A stretch of 64,000 nucleotides of DNA from a virus: positions 6,094-70,093 of IMG/VR virus record IMGVR_UViG_3300034082_002865; one strand, written 5' to 3'. Positions within the stretch are counted from its first letter, which is position 1; the number at the start of each line of letters is the position of its first letter. The notes beneath the pieces are model-generated. The model was not told the DNA's origin, made no database searches, and saw nothing but the letters and a program-made list of their open reading frames with translations. Made by a program: the position numbers and the translations under genes. Below, piece after piece: positions 1 through 9,700 of the stretch.

Positions 1-93
1 ATCATTTACAGATGTAATCTTTTGCCAGCCAAGAGGTGCAGCAGTTTGTCTAAATACCGTAACGGTTCCGGTTGGAAATGTAAATGATCCCAT
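1..93 (-). CDS. 5' part of a tail-collar-like fibre protein (runs off the window edge)
   Basis: ATG at 93 reads MGSFTFPTGTVTVFRQTAAPLGWQKITSVND, paralogous to the N-termini of 96-572 and 572-1129 (F-x-Q-x-x-AP-x-GW). Confidence 0.7.
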   Translation of the reverse strand, partial: MGSFTFPTGTVTVFRQTAAPLGWQKITSVND

Positions 94-95
94 TG

Positions 96-572
96 TTAAT
101 TCCTACTGCATTGAATTACATCAATATATCTCAGTGACAATGTCTGCATTGAGCCCCCTGGAAAAGTAACAGGGGCCGGCACCGCACCCGGCACAGTATG
201 TGAATGTGAGCCGCCGCCCCCAGCCGGGCCGATGCTTTGAGTACCGGCCGATTGATAGATGAGTTGTCCAGCTGGTGCAAAGTATGCCTGTCCTATAGGA
301 CTTGCAGTACCACCACCTGAAGGGTGTGAATGAGAAGCCATTTCGCTAGTTGATATTGTGTAACTACCAACTGACAGACTAGAACTAAAACTAGCGGCCA
401 CTTCAGCGTCAGTAAAACAGGTAGTGAATGGTGAGGAGCCGCCAGTTGATACTGCGCCGTTAACAATCCGTAGTGCATAATCATTAAGGGTAGTTAATTT
501 AGTCCAACCAACAGGTGCCGCTACTTGACAAAAAATGGTAATTGTTCCAGATGGGACAGACGGTCTTGGCAT
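96..572 (-). CDS. Tail-collar / short tail-fibre-like protein
   Basis: PSGTITIFCQVAAPVGW collar-like motif, HSH motifs, C-terminal LRYIDVIQC. Confidence 0.65.
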   Translation of the reverse strand: MPRPSVPSGTITIFCQVAAPVGWTKLTTLNDYALRIVNGAVSTGGSSPFTTCFTDAEVAASFSSSLSVGSYTISTSEMASHSHPSGGGTASPIGQAYFAPAGQLIYQSAGTQSIGPAGGGGSHSHTVPGAVPAPVTFPGGSMQTLSLRYIDVIQCSRN

Positions 573-1129
573 TACGGTAGAGTATCCCTAGTTGCTAAAA
601 TTACATTTGCATATCGTATACGTCTATCTTTAGAAAGAGTAAGCGTTAGTGACGGAACAGCCGGAGTTGAGTGACTGTGAGGCGATGACGGACCACCGGA
701 GGTACTTGTCTGCTGGCCATAAGCTGCTGCCTGCAGGGTCGGTTGGGCCGATGGTGGCACAGTAACCCGGGCACCGGAGGGATACGGACTATATTGAGCA
801 ACAGTGTGTGCATGAGTATGCACAGGAATTTGTGGTGAGGTTAAGGCAACAGGAGCTGTAGCCGATGCAGCGGTTCCAGTTATGATTGCCGACACTGTAT
901 TCACAGATGCTGGGTACACAGTGGTAAAATTAGATGTACCGCCAACCGAGCCGCCTGTTAGTCCTGTAACTAGCCGTAGTCCTATGTCATCATTTGAAGT
1001 AACCTGAGTCCAGCCTACTGGTGCAGTTGCCTGATAAAATAACATTGTTGATCCATAATATTCTGGTTCTTCTTCAATTGGAGGATTTAGATACCATTCT
1101 TTTCCCGCGGTTGATGCCGATCGTGCCAT
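572..1129 (-). CDS. Tail-collar / short tail-fibre-like protein
   Basis: FYQATAPVGWT motif, HTHAH and HSH motifs, C-terminal IRYANVILA; paralog of 96-572. Confidence 0.65.
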   Translation of the reverse strand: MARSASTAGKEWYLNPPIEEEPEYYGSTMLFYQATAPVGWTQVTSNDDIGLRLVTGLTGGSVGGTSNFTTVYPASVNTVSAIITGTAASATAPVALTSPQIPVHTHAHTVAQYSPYPSGARVTVPPSAQPTLQAAAYGQQTSTSGGPSSPHSHSTPAVPSLTLTLSKDRRIRYANVILATRDTLP

Positions 1130-1134
1130 AGTTG

Positions 1135-1140
1135 TATTTA
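1135..1140 (-). promoter_or_regulatory. Putative late promoter TAAATA, 5 nt before ATG
   Basis: TAAATA-CAACT-ATG(1129); core of the T4 late consensus TATAAATA. Confidence 0.6.
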
Positions 1141-1150
1141 ATTTTGTTAA

Positions 1151-3703
1151 TTACACATAAGTTGTGAATTGACCCAGTGTTACCCAAACTCCGCCAGATG
1201 TTCTTATCAAGGAATACGATATCATGTCTACCTGATTCGGCGACCCCGACACAGTAACACCTTGAAGCCATTTTACAGTTTGTGCTGCTCCGTTAATCTG
1301 TAACGCAGACGGAATAAATGCACTTGCTCCTTGAGCAATGTAAAGAACAACCACAGTAGTAATGCTGGGATCTGTAGATATATTAGTAAAGTTTGCTGTA
1401 AAATTAGCTGCCGGAGCAGTTAGATAAAATACCCCACCTGTTGAAAAATCAAAAGTCACTGTGCCGCTTGCGCCAGAACTGTTTGGTGTAAGATCAACAG
1501 TAGTACTGGTCATTCCCATACTGCCAGAGAACCCACGGCTACCGACTGAACCGGCATAACCAAAACTACCGGCATAACCAAAACTACCAATCCATCCTGT
1601 AATACCTTGACTACCAGCATAACCTCGTTCGCCCGTTCTGTAAAATTCAACTGCAATTGCTTCGTTAGCAGGAGGAAATACGCCTGCAATCCAAGTTACT
1701 CCCAGTGTGTAATAATTCCCGTTGTCTGTTATTGAATTTACTTGATGGATAACTTCTTGAGTAAGTAATGAGCTAACACATTTTATATGCAGATATCCCT
1801 TTATTGGACTGGTACTATCATCAAAGGTTGCAATAAATGATTGTATATTTGCGCCATTGGAGGTGACATCGTTAATATAAACTAGAGTGCCCGGGATAGC
1901 TGCACTGTTAAATCTCAAACTGCCATTGGAACTAATACCAGCACTAGTGGAGGTAGCATCGAAGTAATATCTCAGGCCACCTCGTTCACCTGTGCTACCT
2001 GTATAGCCAAAACTACCAGTGAATCCTAATATACCTTGGCTACCTGAAAATCCTCTTTCACCAGTCCTATAGAACTCAACAGCAAGTGCTTCATTGGCAG
2101 GCGGAAGCGATCCGGAAATTACAGTACCAACTAATGTATAATAAGTGGTAAAATCTCCTATGGAGGTCACTTGAAATATTAATTCTTCAGAACGGAACGA
2201 GCTAACACATTTTACATGTAGATATCCTTTTATTGGACTAGTGCTGTCGTCAAAGGTTGCAATAAATGATTGTATATTTGTGCCATTGGATGTGATCTCA
2301 TTGATATAAAGTAGGGTAGAAATATTTCCATTATTAAATCTCAAACTGCCATTGGAACTAATACCAGCACTAGCGGAGGTTGCATCATAGTAATATCTTA
2401 GTCCGCCTCGGTCACCTACACTACCTGTATAACCAAAACTACCAGTGAATCCTAATATACCTTGGCTACCTGAAAAACCTCGTTCACCAGTCCTATAGAA
2501 CTCAACAGCAAGTGCTTCATTGGCAGGCGGTTGTGCTCCTGCAATGTAAGTTACCGTCAGTGTATAATAAGTGGTATTATCTACTATTGAATTTACCTGC
2601 CATATAGATTCTGCTACAAGGAATGAACTGACACATTTTACATGTAGATATCCTTTTATTGGACTAGTGCTGTCGTCAAAGGTTGCAATAAATGATTGTA
2701 TATTTGTGCCATTGGATGTGATCTCATTCATCCAAATTGTATTAGCCACTGAAAAAGTAGGGCTACTAAATCTCAAACTACCGTTTGCACTAATACCGGC
2801 ACTAGTGAAACCTGAATCGTAGTAATATCTTAGTCCGCCTCGGTCACCTACACTACCTGTATAACCAAAACTACCAGTGAATCCTAATATACCTTGGCTA
2901 CCTGAAAAACCTCGTTCACCAGTCCTATAGAACTCAACTGCAAGTGCTTCGTTAGCAGACGGATTTGCTCCTGCAACGTAAGTCACTGACAAGGTGTAAT
3001 AGGTAGTATTATCTGTTATAGAATTTACTTGCCATATAGATTCTTGAGTAAGCAACGAGCTAACACATTTTACATGTAGATATCCCTTTATTGGACTAGT
3101 ACTATCATCAAAGGTTGCAATAAATGATTGTATATTTGTACTATTAGAAGTAACCTCATTAATATAAATTTGAGTAACTGAGCCAATACTGGCGTTGTTA
3201 AATCTTAAACTACCATTAGAAGAGATACCGGCAGTTGTCGTCGCATCGTAAAAATATCGTAATCCACCTCTGTCTCCCACACTACCTGTATAGCCAAAAC
3301 TACCTGTATAGCCAACACTACCAAAAAATCCCTGACTGCCGGTGAAGGCTCGACTACCCGTAAAGCCGACGCTACCTGTGTAGCCGACGCTACCAATAAA
3401 TCCCGCACTACCTACAAAGCTTCTACTGCCAGTATATCCAGGTACGCTGCCAGTATACCCTAAAGCTGCAAATGCGCCCGAACTGCCAGTAAAGCCTAGA
3501 GGACCTGTGCTTCCTAAAAACCCCCCACTACCGGTAAAACTTCGACTTCCGGTATATCCTAATGCAGCAAATATACCCGAACTACCCGTATAACCCTGTG
3601 TATTTCCCACAACAGCCCAAGCCTTTCCATTATATTGCCAAGTTCTATTGCCAGAAGTATAGGTCTGATTTAACGCTGGAGTGATTGGAAAATTAATGGG
3701 CAT
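1151..3703 (-). CDS. Collagen-like fibre protein with four tandem globular repeats
   Basis: G-[FY]-T-G-S-x Gly-X-Y tracts separate four ~140-aa repeats (GGLRY..FDDSTSPIKGYLH..VEFYRTGERG); phage-fibre-like N-terminus FP..P..NQTY..W.YNG.AW. Confidence 0.7.
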   Translation of the reverse strand: MPINFPITPALNQTYTSGNRTWQYNGKAWAVVGNTQGYTGSSGIFAALGYTGSRSFTGSGGFLGSTGPLGFTGSSGAFAALGYTGSVPGYTGSRSFVGSAGFIGSVGYTGSVGFTGSRAFTGSQGFFGSVGYTGSFGYTGSVGDRGGLRYFYDATTTAGISSNGSLRFNNASIGSVTQIYINEVTSNSTNIQSFIATFDDSTSPIKGYLHVKCVSSLLTQESIWQVNSITDNTTYYTLSVTYVAGANPSANEALAVEFYRTGERGFSGSQGILGFTGSFGYTGSVGDRGGLRYYYDSGFTSAGISANGSLRFSSPTFSVANTIWMNEITSNGTNIQSFIATFDDSTSPIKGYLHVKCVSSFLVAESIWQVNSIVDNTTYYTLTVTYIAGAQPPANEALAVEFYRTGERGFSGSQGILGFTGSFGYTGSVGDRGGLRYYYDATSASAGISSNGSLRFNNGNISTLLYINEITSNGTNIQSFIATFDDSTSPIKGYLHVKCVSSFRSEELIFQVTSIGDFTTYYTLVGTVISGSLPPANEALAVEFYRTGERGFSGSQGILGFTGSFGYTGSTGERGGLRYYFDATSTSAGISSNGSLRFNSAAIPGTLVYINDVTSNGANIQSFIATFDDSTSPIKGYLHIKCVSSLLTQEVIHQVNSITDNGNYYTLGVTWIAGVFPPANEAIAVEFYRTGERGYAGSQGITGWIGSFGYAGSFGYAGSVGSRGFSGSMGMTSTTVDLTPNSSGASGTVTFDFSTGGVFYLTAPAANFTANFTNISTDPSITTVVVLYIAQGASAFIPSALQINGAAQTVKWLQGVTVSGSPNQVDMISYSLIRTSGGVWVTLGQFTTYV
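1620..3280 (-). repeat. Four intragenic tandem repeats of ~426-432 bp
   Basis: CCTAATATACCTTGGCTACCTGAAAA recurs at 2025, 2451 and 2883 (spacings 426 and 432 bp); boundaries approximate. Confidence 0.85.
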
Positions 3704-3803
3704 GGTTGAATTATATTAACTGTATATTTAACTGTTTATTGTTTGTCGATCGTTCTAGTTGATATCAAAGTTTTTTAGACTCCCTGGTATCATTGATCTT
3801 AAT

Positions 3804-4253
3804 TTACCATTTATTTATGGGACAGGTAGACGATTGAAATTTAGTCTTAAGTATCATAAAACAACTACACTCAGTACATTGAGTAGTTAATTTAACAAAC
3901 TTATCGCACGATTGACATATACTATATCTTTCGTTAGCAATCTCATCTACGGCAAACAAGTTAGATTCCTGTTCTTTTAATTCTTTTTGATTCTGTAACT
4001 GTTCTTCTTCCGTAAATGGTCTAATAATCCATGTTTGATTCCATTCTTTTCCAATTAATTCAGGAATACCTTCAGTGACCACATCTCCATTGGGTTTTTC
4101 AGTAGTTATTAATGGATAAACATCATAGTTTGCCAATAACTGCTCATCTGGCATTCTTGATATTTTGTAAATCACAGCAGTAGGGTAGTCTTGAAATAAT
4201 TGTTCAATAGTGTAGTCAATTGGATTATTATTTTTTATTTTGATGTATCTCAT
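3804..4253 (-). CDS. Hypothetical protein with Cys-rich C-terminus (possible fibre accessory protein)
   Basis: C-terminal RYSICQSC..CTECSCFM..K..CPINKW; lies between fibre genes. Confidence 0.55.
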   Translation of the reverse strand: MRYIKIKNNNPIDYTIEQLFQDYPTAVIYKISRMPDEQLLANYDVYPLITTEKPNGDVVTEGIPELIGKEWNQTWIIRPFTEEEQLQNQKELKEQESNLFAVDEIANERYSICQSCDKFVKLTTQCTECSCFMILKTKFQSSTCPINKW

Positions 4254-4263
4254 AAATTATCTA

Positions 4264-6777
4264 TTATAGTCTTGTAATAATTATCTGACCTTGACCGGGG
4301 CGTGTTGCAGCAGTAGTTATTGAACCAACTCCGCCAACTGAGCTAAATGATCCGCCACCACCGCCTCGGCCAGCCTGACTCCATCCACCGGATCCGCCAC
4401 CGCTGTAGCCGCCGCCACCGCCGGAGCCTCCGTAGCTGCCACCACCACCACCAAAGCCGCCGCCATTAGCGTCGTGGGAGCCACTAGTAAATCCAGTCGG
4501 ATTTACATATAAAGCGGGCCAAGTAAAGGCGCCGCCGCAATGGTTACTTGCGCCGCCATTCCATCCTTGTCCACCCCCGCCACCGCAAACACCGGACGAC
4601 AGGCTGGCATTGCCACCAGTACCACCGGCACCGGGGGTAGTGTGGCCTCCGCTGCCTCCGCTTGTGCCAATCTGTCCGCCTGCCTGGAAAGTATCACCAA
4701 TACCGCCACCGCCACCAGCGCCTGCTGCTATCATTGGGAACGTTGTAAATGAAGGTCTCCAAACAAACGAGCCGCCGCCGCCAGTTCCGCCACCCCAGCC
4801 ATTGGTCTGTGTCCAGCCCTGTTGTCCAACAACTAATCGTATTATTTCTCCCTCTGTTAGATTAAAGGGGCTACTCATTCTTGCACCGCGTCCAGCAGCA
4901 CCAGTGCTGCCAACACCGCCATCACCTCCTTGAGCTCCGTAGCAATCAATTTGGTAGGTGCCTGTAGCTGGTACTGTCCATATTTGTATACCATTGTCTG
5001 TATTAAAGAAACTGGTGTTGTTTTTCCAAGCATCTACACCTGAGCCGGTCAAACCGGTCCGTGCTTGTGTAAGGCTTGGTCCTGTTCTGAAAGTTGCCCC
5101 ACCAGGAGTGAAAGTCGCACTAGTAAATGCATATAGTTGAGGCGGATTTTGTACTGTGACTGAATTACTAGCACTAGAAGATACACTATTTCCCACTGCA
5201 TTGGTTGCAAACACAGTAAATGTGTATGTTTGTAGATCAGTTAATCCGGTTACAGTAATAGAGCCTGATCCCGATGCTAGTACTGTTCCGGTAATCCCCC
5301 CAGGACTACTAACAGCGGTATAGGATGTAATTACACTTCCGCCGTCTGTAGGTGCTGTATAACTTACACTTGCTGTAGTCGAGTTTACATTTGTAGCCGT
5401 GCCAATAAATGGAGCAGATGGTGCTACTGCTGGCGCAATTACAACATTATTGCTCCAGCCACCGCTGCCGAAAGAATTTGTAGTTCGAACTTCTACATTA
5501 TAACTTCTTCCCTGAACAAAAGTTGACGTGGTATAAGAAGTTATGGGAGTTCCCGTATCAGGTAAGGTGACTTCTACAGTAGATGCAGCCGTAGAGGATG
5601 TCCCGGGTGGGGTGCCTGCGGCTAATACTGAAAATCTAATAGTCCAGGATAAAATAGGAGAACCGGTGAAATTTGTAGGATTTGTCCAGTTTGCTGTTAA
5701 AGTTGTCGGGCCGTCGACGGTTACACTCAATTCCCCAATAGGAGAGTCTAGACCACGATAATCAGGACCAACATTAAGGTCCGGGAATCTTCTTATGGCC
5801 CCTGGCCATATTATTCGAACTGCACCTCGTTGGCCTTGATTTGCGTTAAAAGATATCAAACCAGTACCATTACTAACACTAAATGCTCCACCACCACCAC
5901 CTGCATATATGTATTGATTATTAGCCGCGCCTGCACTTGTGTTTATAGTACTACCAGGCCCTGATGATATTAGACCATTTACAACCGGAATTGATGCAGG
6001 GAATCCGTCCAAACGTTGACCATAAATTCCAACGCTGCCGCCATCTGCTGCTACTTGGGTTTGAAAGGCGCCAGCATATGCGGCGTTAGTTCCTCCGGCG
6101 CCTCCACCAAATTGGCCGCCGGCACCTTGTTGGAGACTGATTGGTGAAGCGAAAGAATTTGCACCATCGCCGCCCTTTCCCGAATATCCACCAGCGCCGC
6201 CACCACCAGCGCCCGATTTAGTAATACCGACAGCCGTTCCTGAGCCAAAACCGCCAGTGCCTCCGGTGCCGCCAGATTCACCAATTTGTGGTAAGCCTCC
6301 GGCACCTCCCAAAATGCTCAGAGATCCGCTAGCGCGAATGCCGGCGCCACCACCTGTTGCCAAAACAATAAATGTACCGCTGCCCTGTCGTCTGACCCAG
6401 CTACTTCCGCCAGCTACGCCGTCAGTAGAAATAGTTCCTATATTTGTGCCAAGTGCGGCGCCGGTAACAAAATTTGAGCCGCCGCCACCGCCAAACCCGA
6501 CATTTATTTCTAAAATTTCGCCTGGGGTGACCGCAATATCAGTAACCCAGGCTAGGCCACCACCACCTCCTGCCGAACCTGTTCCATATTGTCCAAGAGT
6601 AAAATTGATAGACACCCCACCACCACCCCCACCACCACCCACAACTACTATAGATATTGAGGTAACTCCTGCAGGAACAGTCCAGGAAATTGGATTAAAA
6701 TTTGTAGAAGTGAAAATACGTTCTCCTGTCAACCGTACTACATTTCTTGCACTGTTTATTAAAAATGATCCACTCAT
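4264..6777 (-). CDS. Glycine-rich virion/fibre protein with two FN3-like domains
   Basis: WTVPAGVTSISIVVVGGGGGG and WTVPATGTYQIDCYGAQGG Gly-rich domains flank two FN3-like repeats (..YNVEVRTTNSFG; ..YTFTVFATNAVG). Confidence 0.7.
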   Translation of the reverse strand: MSGSFLINSARNVVRLTGERIFTSTNFNPISWTVPAGVTSISIVVVGGGGGGGGVSINFTLGQYGTGSAGGGGGLAWVTDIAVTPGEILEINVGFGGGGGSNFVTGAALGTNIGTISTDGVAGGSSWVRRQGSGTFIVLATGGGAGIRASGSLSILGGAGGLPQIGESGGTGGTGGFGSGTAVGITKSGAGGGGAGGYSGKGGDGANSFASPISLQQGAGGQFGGGAGGTNAAYAGAFQTQVAADGGSVGIYGQRLDGFPASIPVVNGLISSGPGSTINTSAGAANNQYIYAGGGGGAFSVSNGTGLISFNANQGQRGAVRIIWPGAIRRFPDLNVGPDYRGLDSPIGELSVTVDGPTTLTANWTNPTNFTGSPILSWTIRFSVLAAGTPPGTSSTAASTVEVTLPDTGTPITSYTTSTFVQGRSYNVEVRTTNSFGSGGWSNNVVIAPAVAPSAPFIGTATNVNSTTASVSYTAPTDGGSVITSYTAVSSPGGITGTVLASGSGSITVTGLTDLQTYTFTVFATNAVGNSVSSSASNSVTVQNPPQLYAFTSATFTPGGATFRTGPSLTQARTGLTGSGVDAWKNNTSFFNTDNGIQIWTVPATGTYQIDCYGAQGGDGGVGSTGAAGRGARMSSPFNLTEGEIIRLVVGQQGWTQTNGWGGGTGGGGSFVWRPSFTTFPMIAAGAGGGGGIGDTFQAGGQIGTSGGSGGHTTPGAGGTGGNASLSSGVCGGGGGQGWNGGASNHCGGAFTWPALYVNPTGFTSGSHDANGGGFGGGGGSYGGSGGGGGYSGGGSGGWSQAGRGGGGGSFSSVGGVGSITTAATRPGQGQIIITRL

Positions 6778-9700
6778 AATTTTCTGTAATAAATTGTTAC
6801 TTTTGCACCAGTTGCACCGGCACCAATAGTTTCAATACCTAAAGTAAATTCATCATCATCTGCAAAAGTTGGTCCAACTAAAGTTGCAGGTGTTGCGGCA
6901 GTAACAGAAGTTGTTTCACCTGCATCAACGGTTAACTTATTTCCCAGTACTGCAAAGCCATTTCTTCTAATATCAATAGTTACCACAGAGCCGCCTGCTG
7001 TTGTTAAGCTGGCTCTAGGCAACTGAGTTAAAGTCAATGCATAAGGAGCTCTAAATGTTACAGCAGTTCCTACAGTTAACGGACTGTATTCGTCGCTGAG
7101 TGCAATACTCATAAAATCACTAAAACCTGCACTACCAGTGAAACCTATTGCTCCTTGAGCTAATACATCTCCTGCACTGCCGGAGTATCCAATAGGACCT
7201 AAGAAGCCGCCGCCTGCTGCAACTTCAACCCATTGGTTAGTATCTCCATCATTGGTATAAACGTATTCTAAACCTAAGTCGCTATCAAACCATCGATCAC
7301 CTATTACTGGCGAAACAGGAGCAGTTGTACCGTAGGTAAATGAGCTTTCACCCTTTGATCCGGAAAAGCCCCTACTACCTATAAAACCGAAGCTACCAGT
7401 CCATCCGGCGCCAGTACTACCAGTATAACCAAAGCTACCAGTATAGCCAAAGCTACCAGTGAAACTTTGCGATCCAGTATAACCAAATGATCCAGTATAA
7501 CCAGATGATCCAGTATAACCAGATGATCCAGTGTAGCCTTGACTACCAGTGTAGCCAAATGATCCCGTGTAGCCAAATGATCCTGTGTAGCCAAATGATC
7601 CTGTGTAGCCAAAGCTGCCACTGTAACCAAATGATCCGTTATATCCTCGGCTACCAGTGAAACTTTGCGATCCAGTATAACCGAAACTACCGCTATAACC
7701 GAAACTACCGCTATAACCGAAACTACCGCTATAACCTAAATCCCCTGTTCTTTCTATGGAAATTAAGATTGGCCAATCTACTAACCAATTGTCGCCATAG
7801 CCAGATATCCATTGAATAGGAATTGTAAAGAAGTCTGTATTATCGGTTAATGAACCATTAATACTTAACATGATATACGTAGTAGGTATATCTGCATGAG
7901 TAATTTTAATATAACCCTTTTGCGGGTTTGTACTATTAGCAATGCTGGCTAAAAATCCGTCTAGATAACCAGACACATTATTAATATCAGTATCTGATAT
8001 ATATAATTCGTTAGCAGTATCTACAAATGCACTGTTCCATCCTAGGAATCCCTGGCCTGGGTTGATTGCAGTAGTTTCTGTTGAAAAATTGTATAGGAAT
8101 CCGATCCCTGCAAATGTTCCTCTACTGCCAGTGAATCCTTCACTACCGACATATCCTTCACTACCAGTGAATCCTTCACTACCAGTATAAGCACGACTAC
8201 CAGTATAGCCAAAGCTACCACTATAACCAAATGATCCGGTGTAACCAAAGCTACCACTATAACCAAATGATCCGGTGTAACCAAATGATCCAATGTAGCC
8301 ACGACTACCGACATATCCTTCACTACCAGTGTAGCCACGACTACCAGTATAACCAAATGATCCAGTATAACCAAATGATCCGACATATCCTTCACTACCA
8401 GTGTAGCCACGACTACCAGTATAACCAAATGATCCAGTGTAGCCAAATGATCCGACATATCCTTCACTACCAGTGTAGCCACGACTACCACTATAGCCGA
8501 AGCTACCACTATAGCCAAAGCTACCAGTATATCCTCGATCGCCTTTGTCTCCATTGACTACGAACGATACAATTACATTAGTATCAGTTGCTGGAACCGA
8601 CGTTGCGCCGGATACATATGATATAGGAATATGAAAGTGATCATCATGTATAAAATGTGTTCCGGTAATTGCAAAAATTGCAAAATTATTAGAATTTGCC
8701 TCTTCAGTTAGTTTAATGTAGCCTTTTATATCACTTGTTGAATCATCAACTGTTTGAATGAATGACGCAATATTTGTACTGAATCGATCTGTATCAGCAA
8801 GAGCAATAAACGTTGATGCCGTTGTAGTAGTACTTTCTAATCGAACATAACCATTAGGGACCGTGTCTACATATGGATCTGACTCAAATATATAATAGAA
8901 GGAAGCACCACCAAATTGGCCATCTTCACCTTTAGGACCTTGACTACCCGTATAGCCAATACTACCAGTGTAGCCAAAGCTACCAGTGTAGCCAAAGCTA
9001 CCAACATATCCTTCACTGCCACTGTAACCTTGACTGCCTGTGTAGCCTTGACTACCTGTATAGCCAAATGATCCTGCATATCCTTCACTGCCACTGTAAC
9101 CTTGACTGCCTGTGTAGCCTTGACTACCTGTATAGCCAAATGATCCAGTATAACCAAATGATCCTGCATATCCTTCACTGCCACTGTAACCACGACTGCC
9201 TGTGTAGCCTTGACTACCTGTATAGCCAAATGATCCAGTATAACCAAATGATCCTGCATATCCTTCACTGCCACTGTAACCACGACTACCTGTGTAGCCA
9301 AATGATCCAGTGTAGCCAAAGCTACCAGCATATCCTTCACTGCCACTGTAACCACGACTACCTGTGTAGCCTTGACTACCTGTATAGCCAAAGCTACCAC
9401 TGTAACCAGATGATCCAGTGTAGCCTTGACTACCAGTGTAGCCAAATGAGCCACTGTAACCAAATGAGCCGGTGTAGCCAAAGCTACCACTGTAACCAAA
9501 TGAGCCGGTGTAGCCAAATGAGCCGGTGTAGCCAAATGAGCCGGTGTAGCCAAATGAGCCGGTGTAACCAAAGCTACCTGCATAGCCATCACTGCCGGTG
9601 TAGCCACGACTACCAGTATAACCAAATGATCCAGTATAACCAAATGATCCTACATATCCCTCACTACCACTGTAACCGAATGAGCCGGTGTAACCAAATG

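Noticed and set aside
1620-3280. Near-identical repeats as a possible diversity-generating retroelement TR/VR pair
   Set aside because: All copies are in frame within one gene, differences are not obviously adenine-restricted, and there is no reverse transcriptase in the window.
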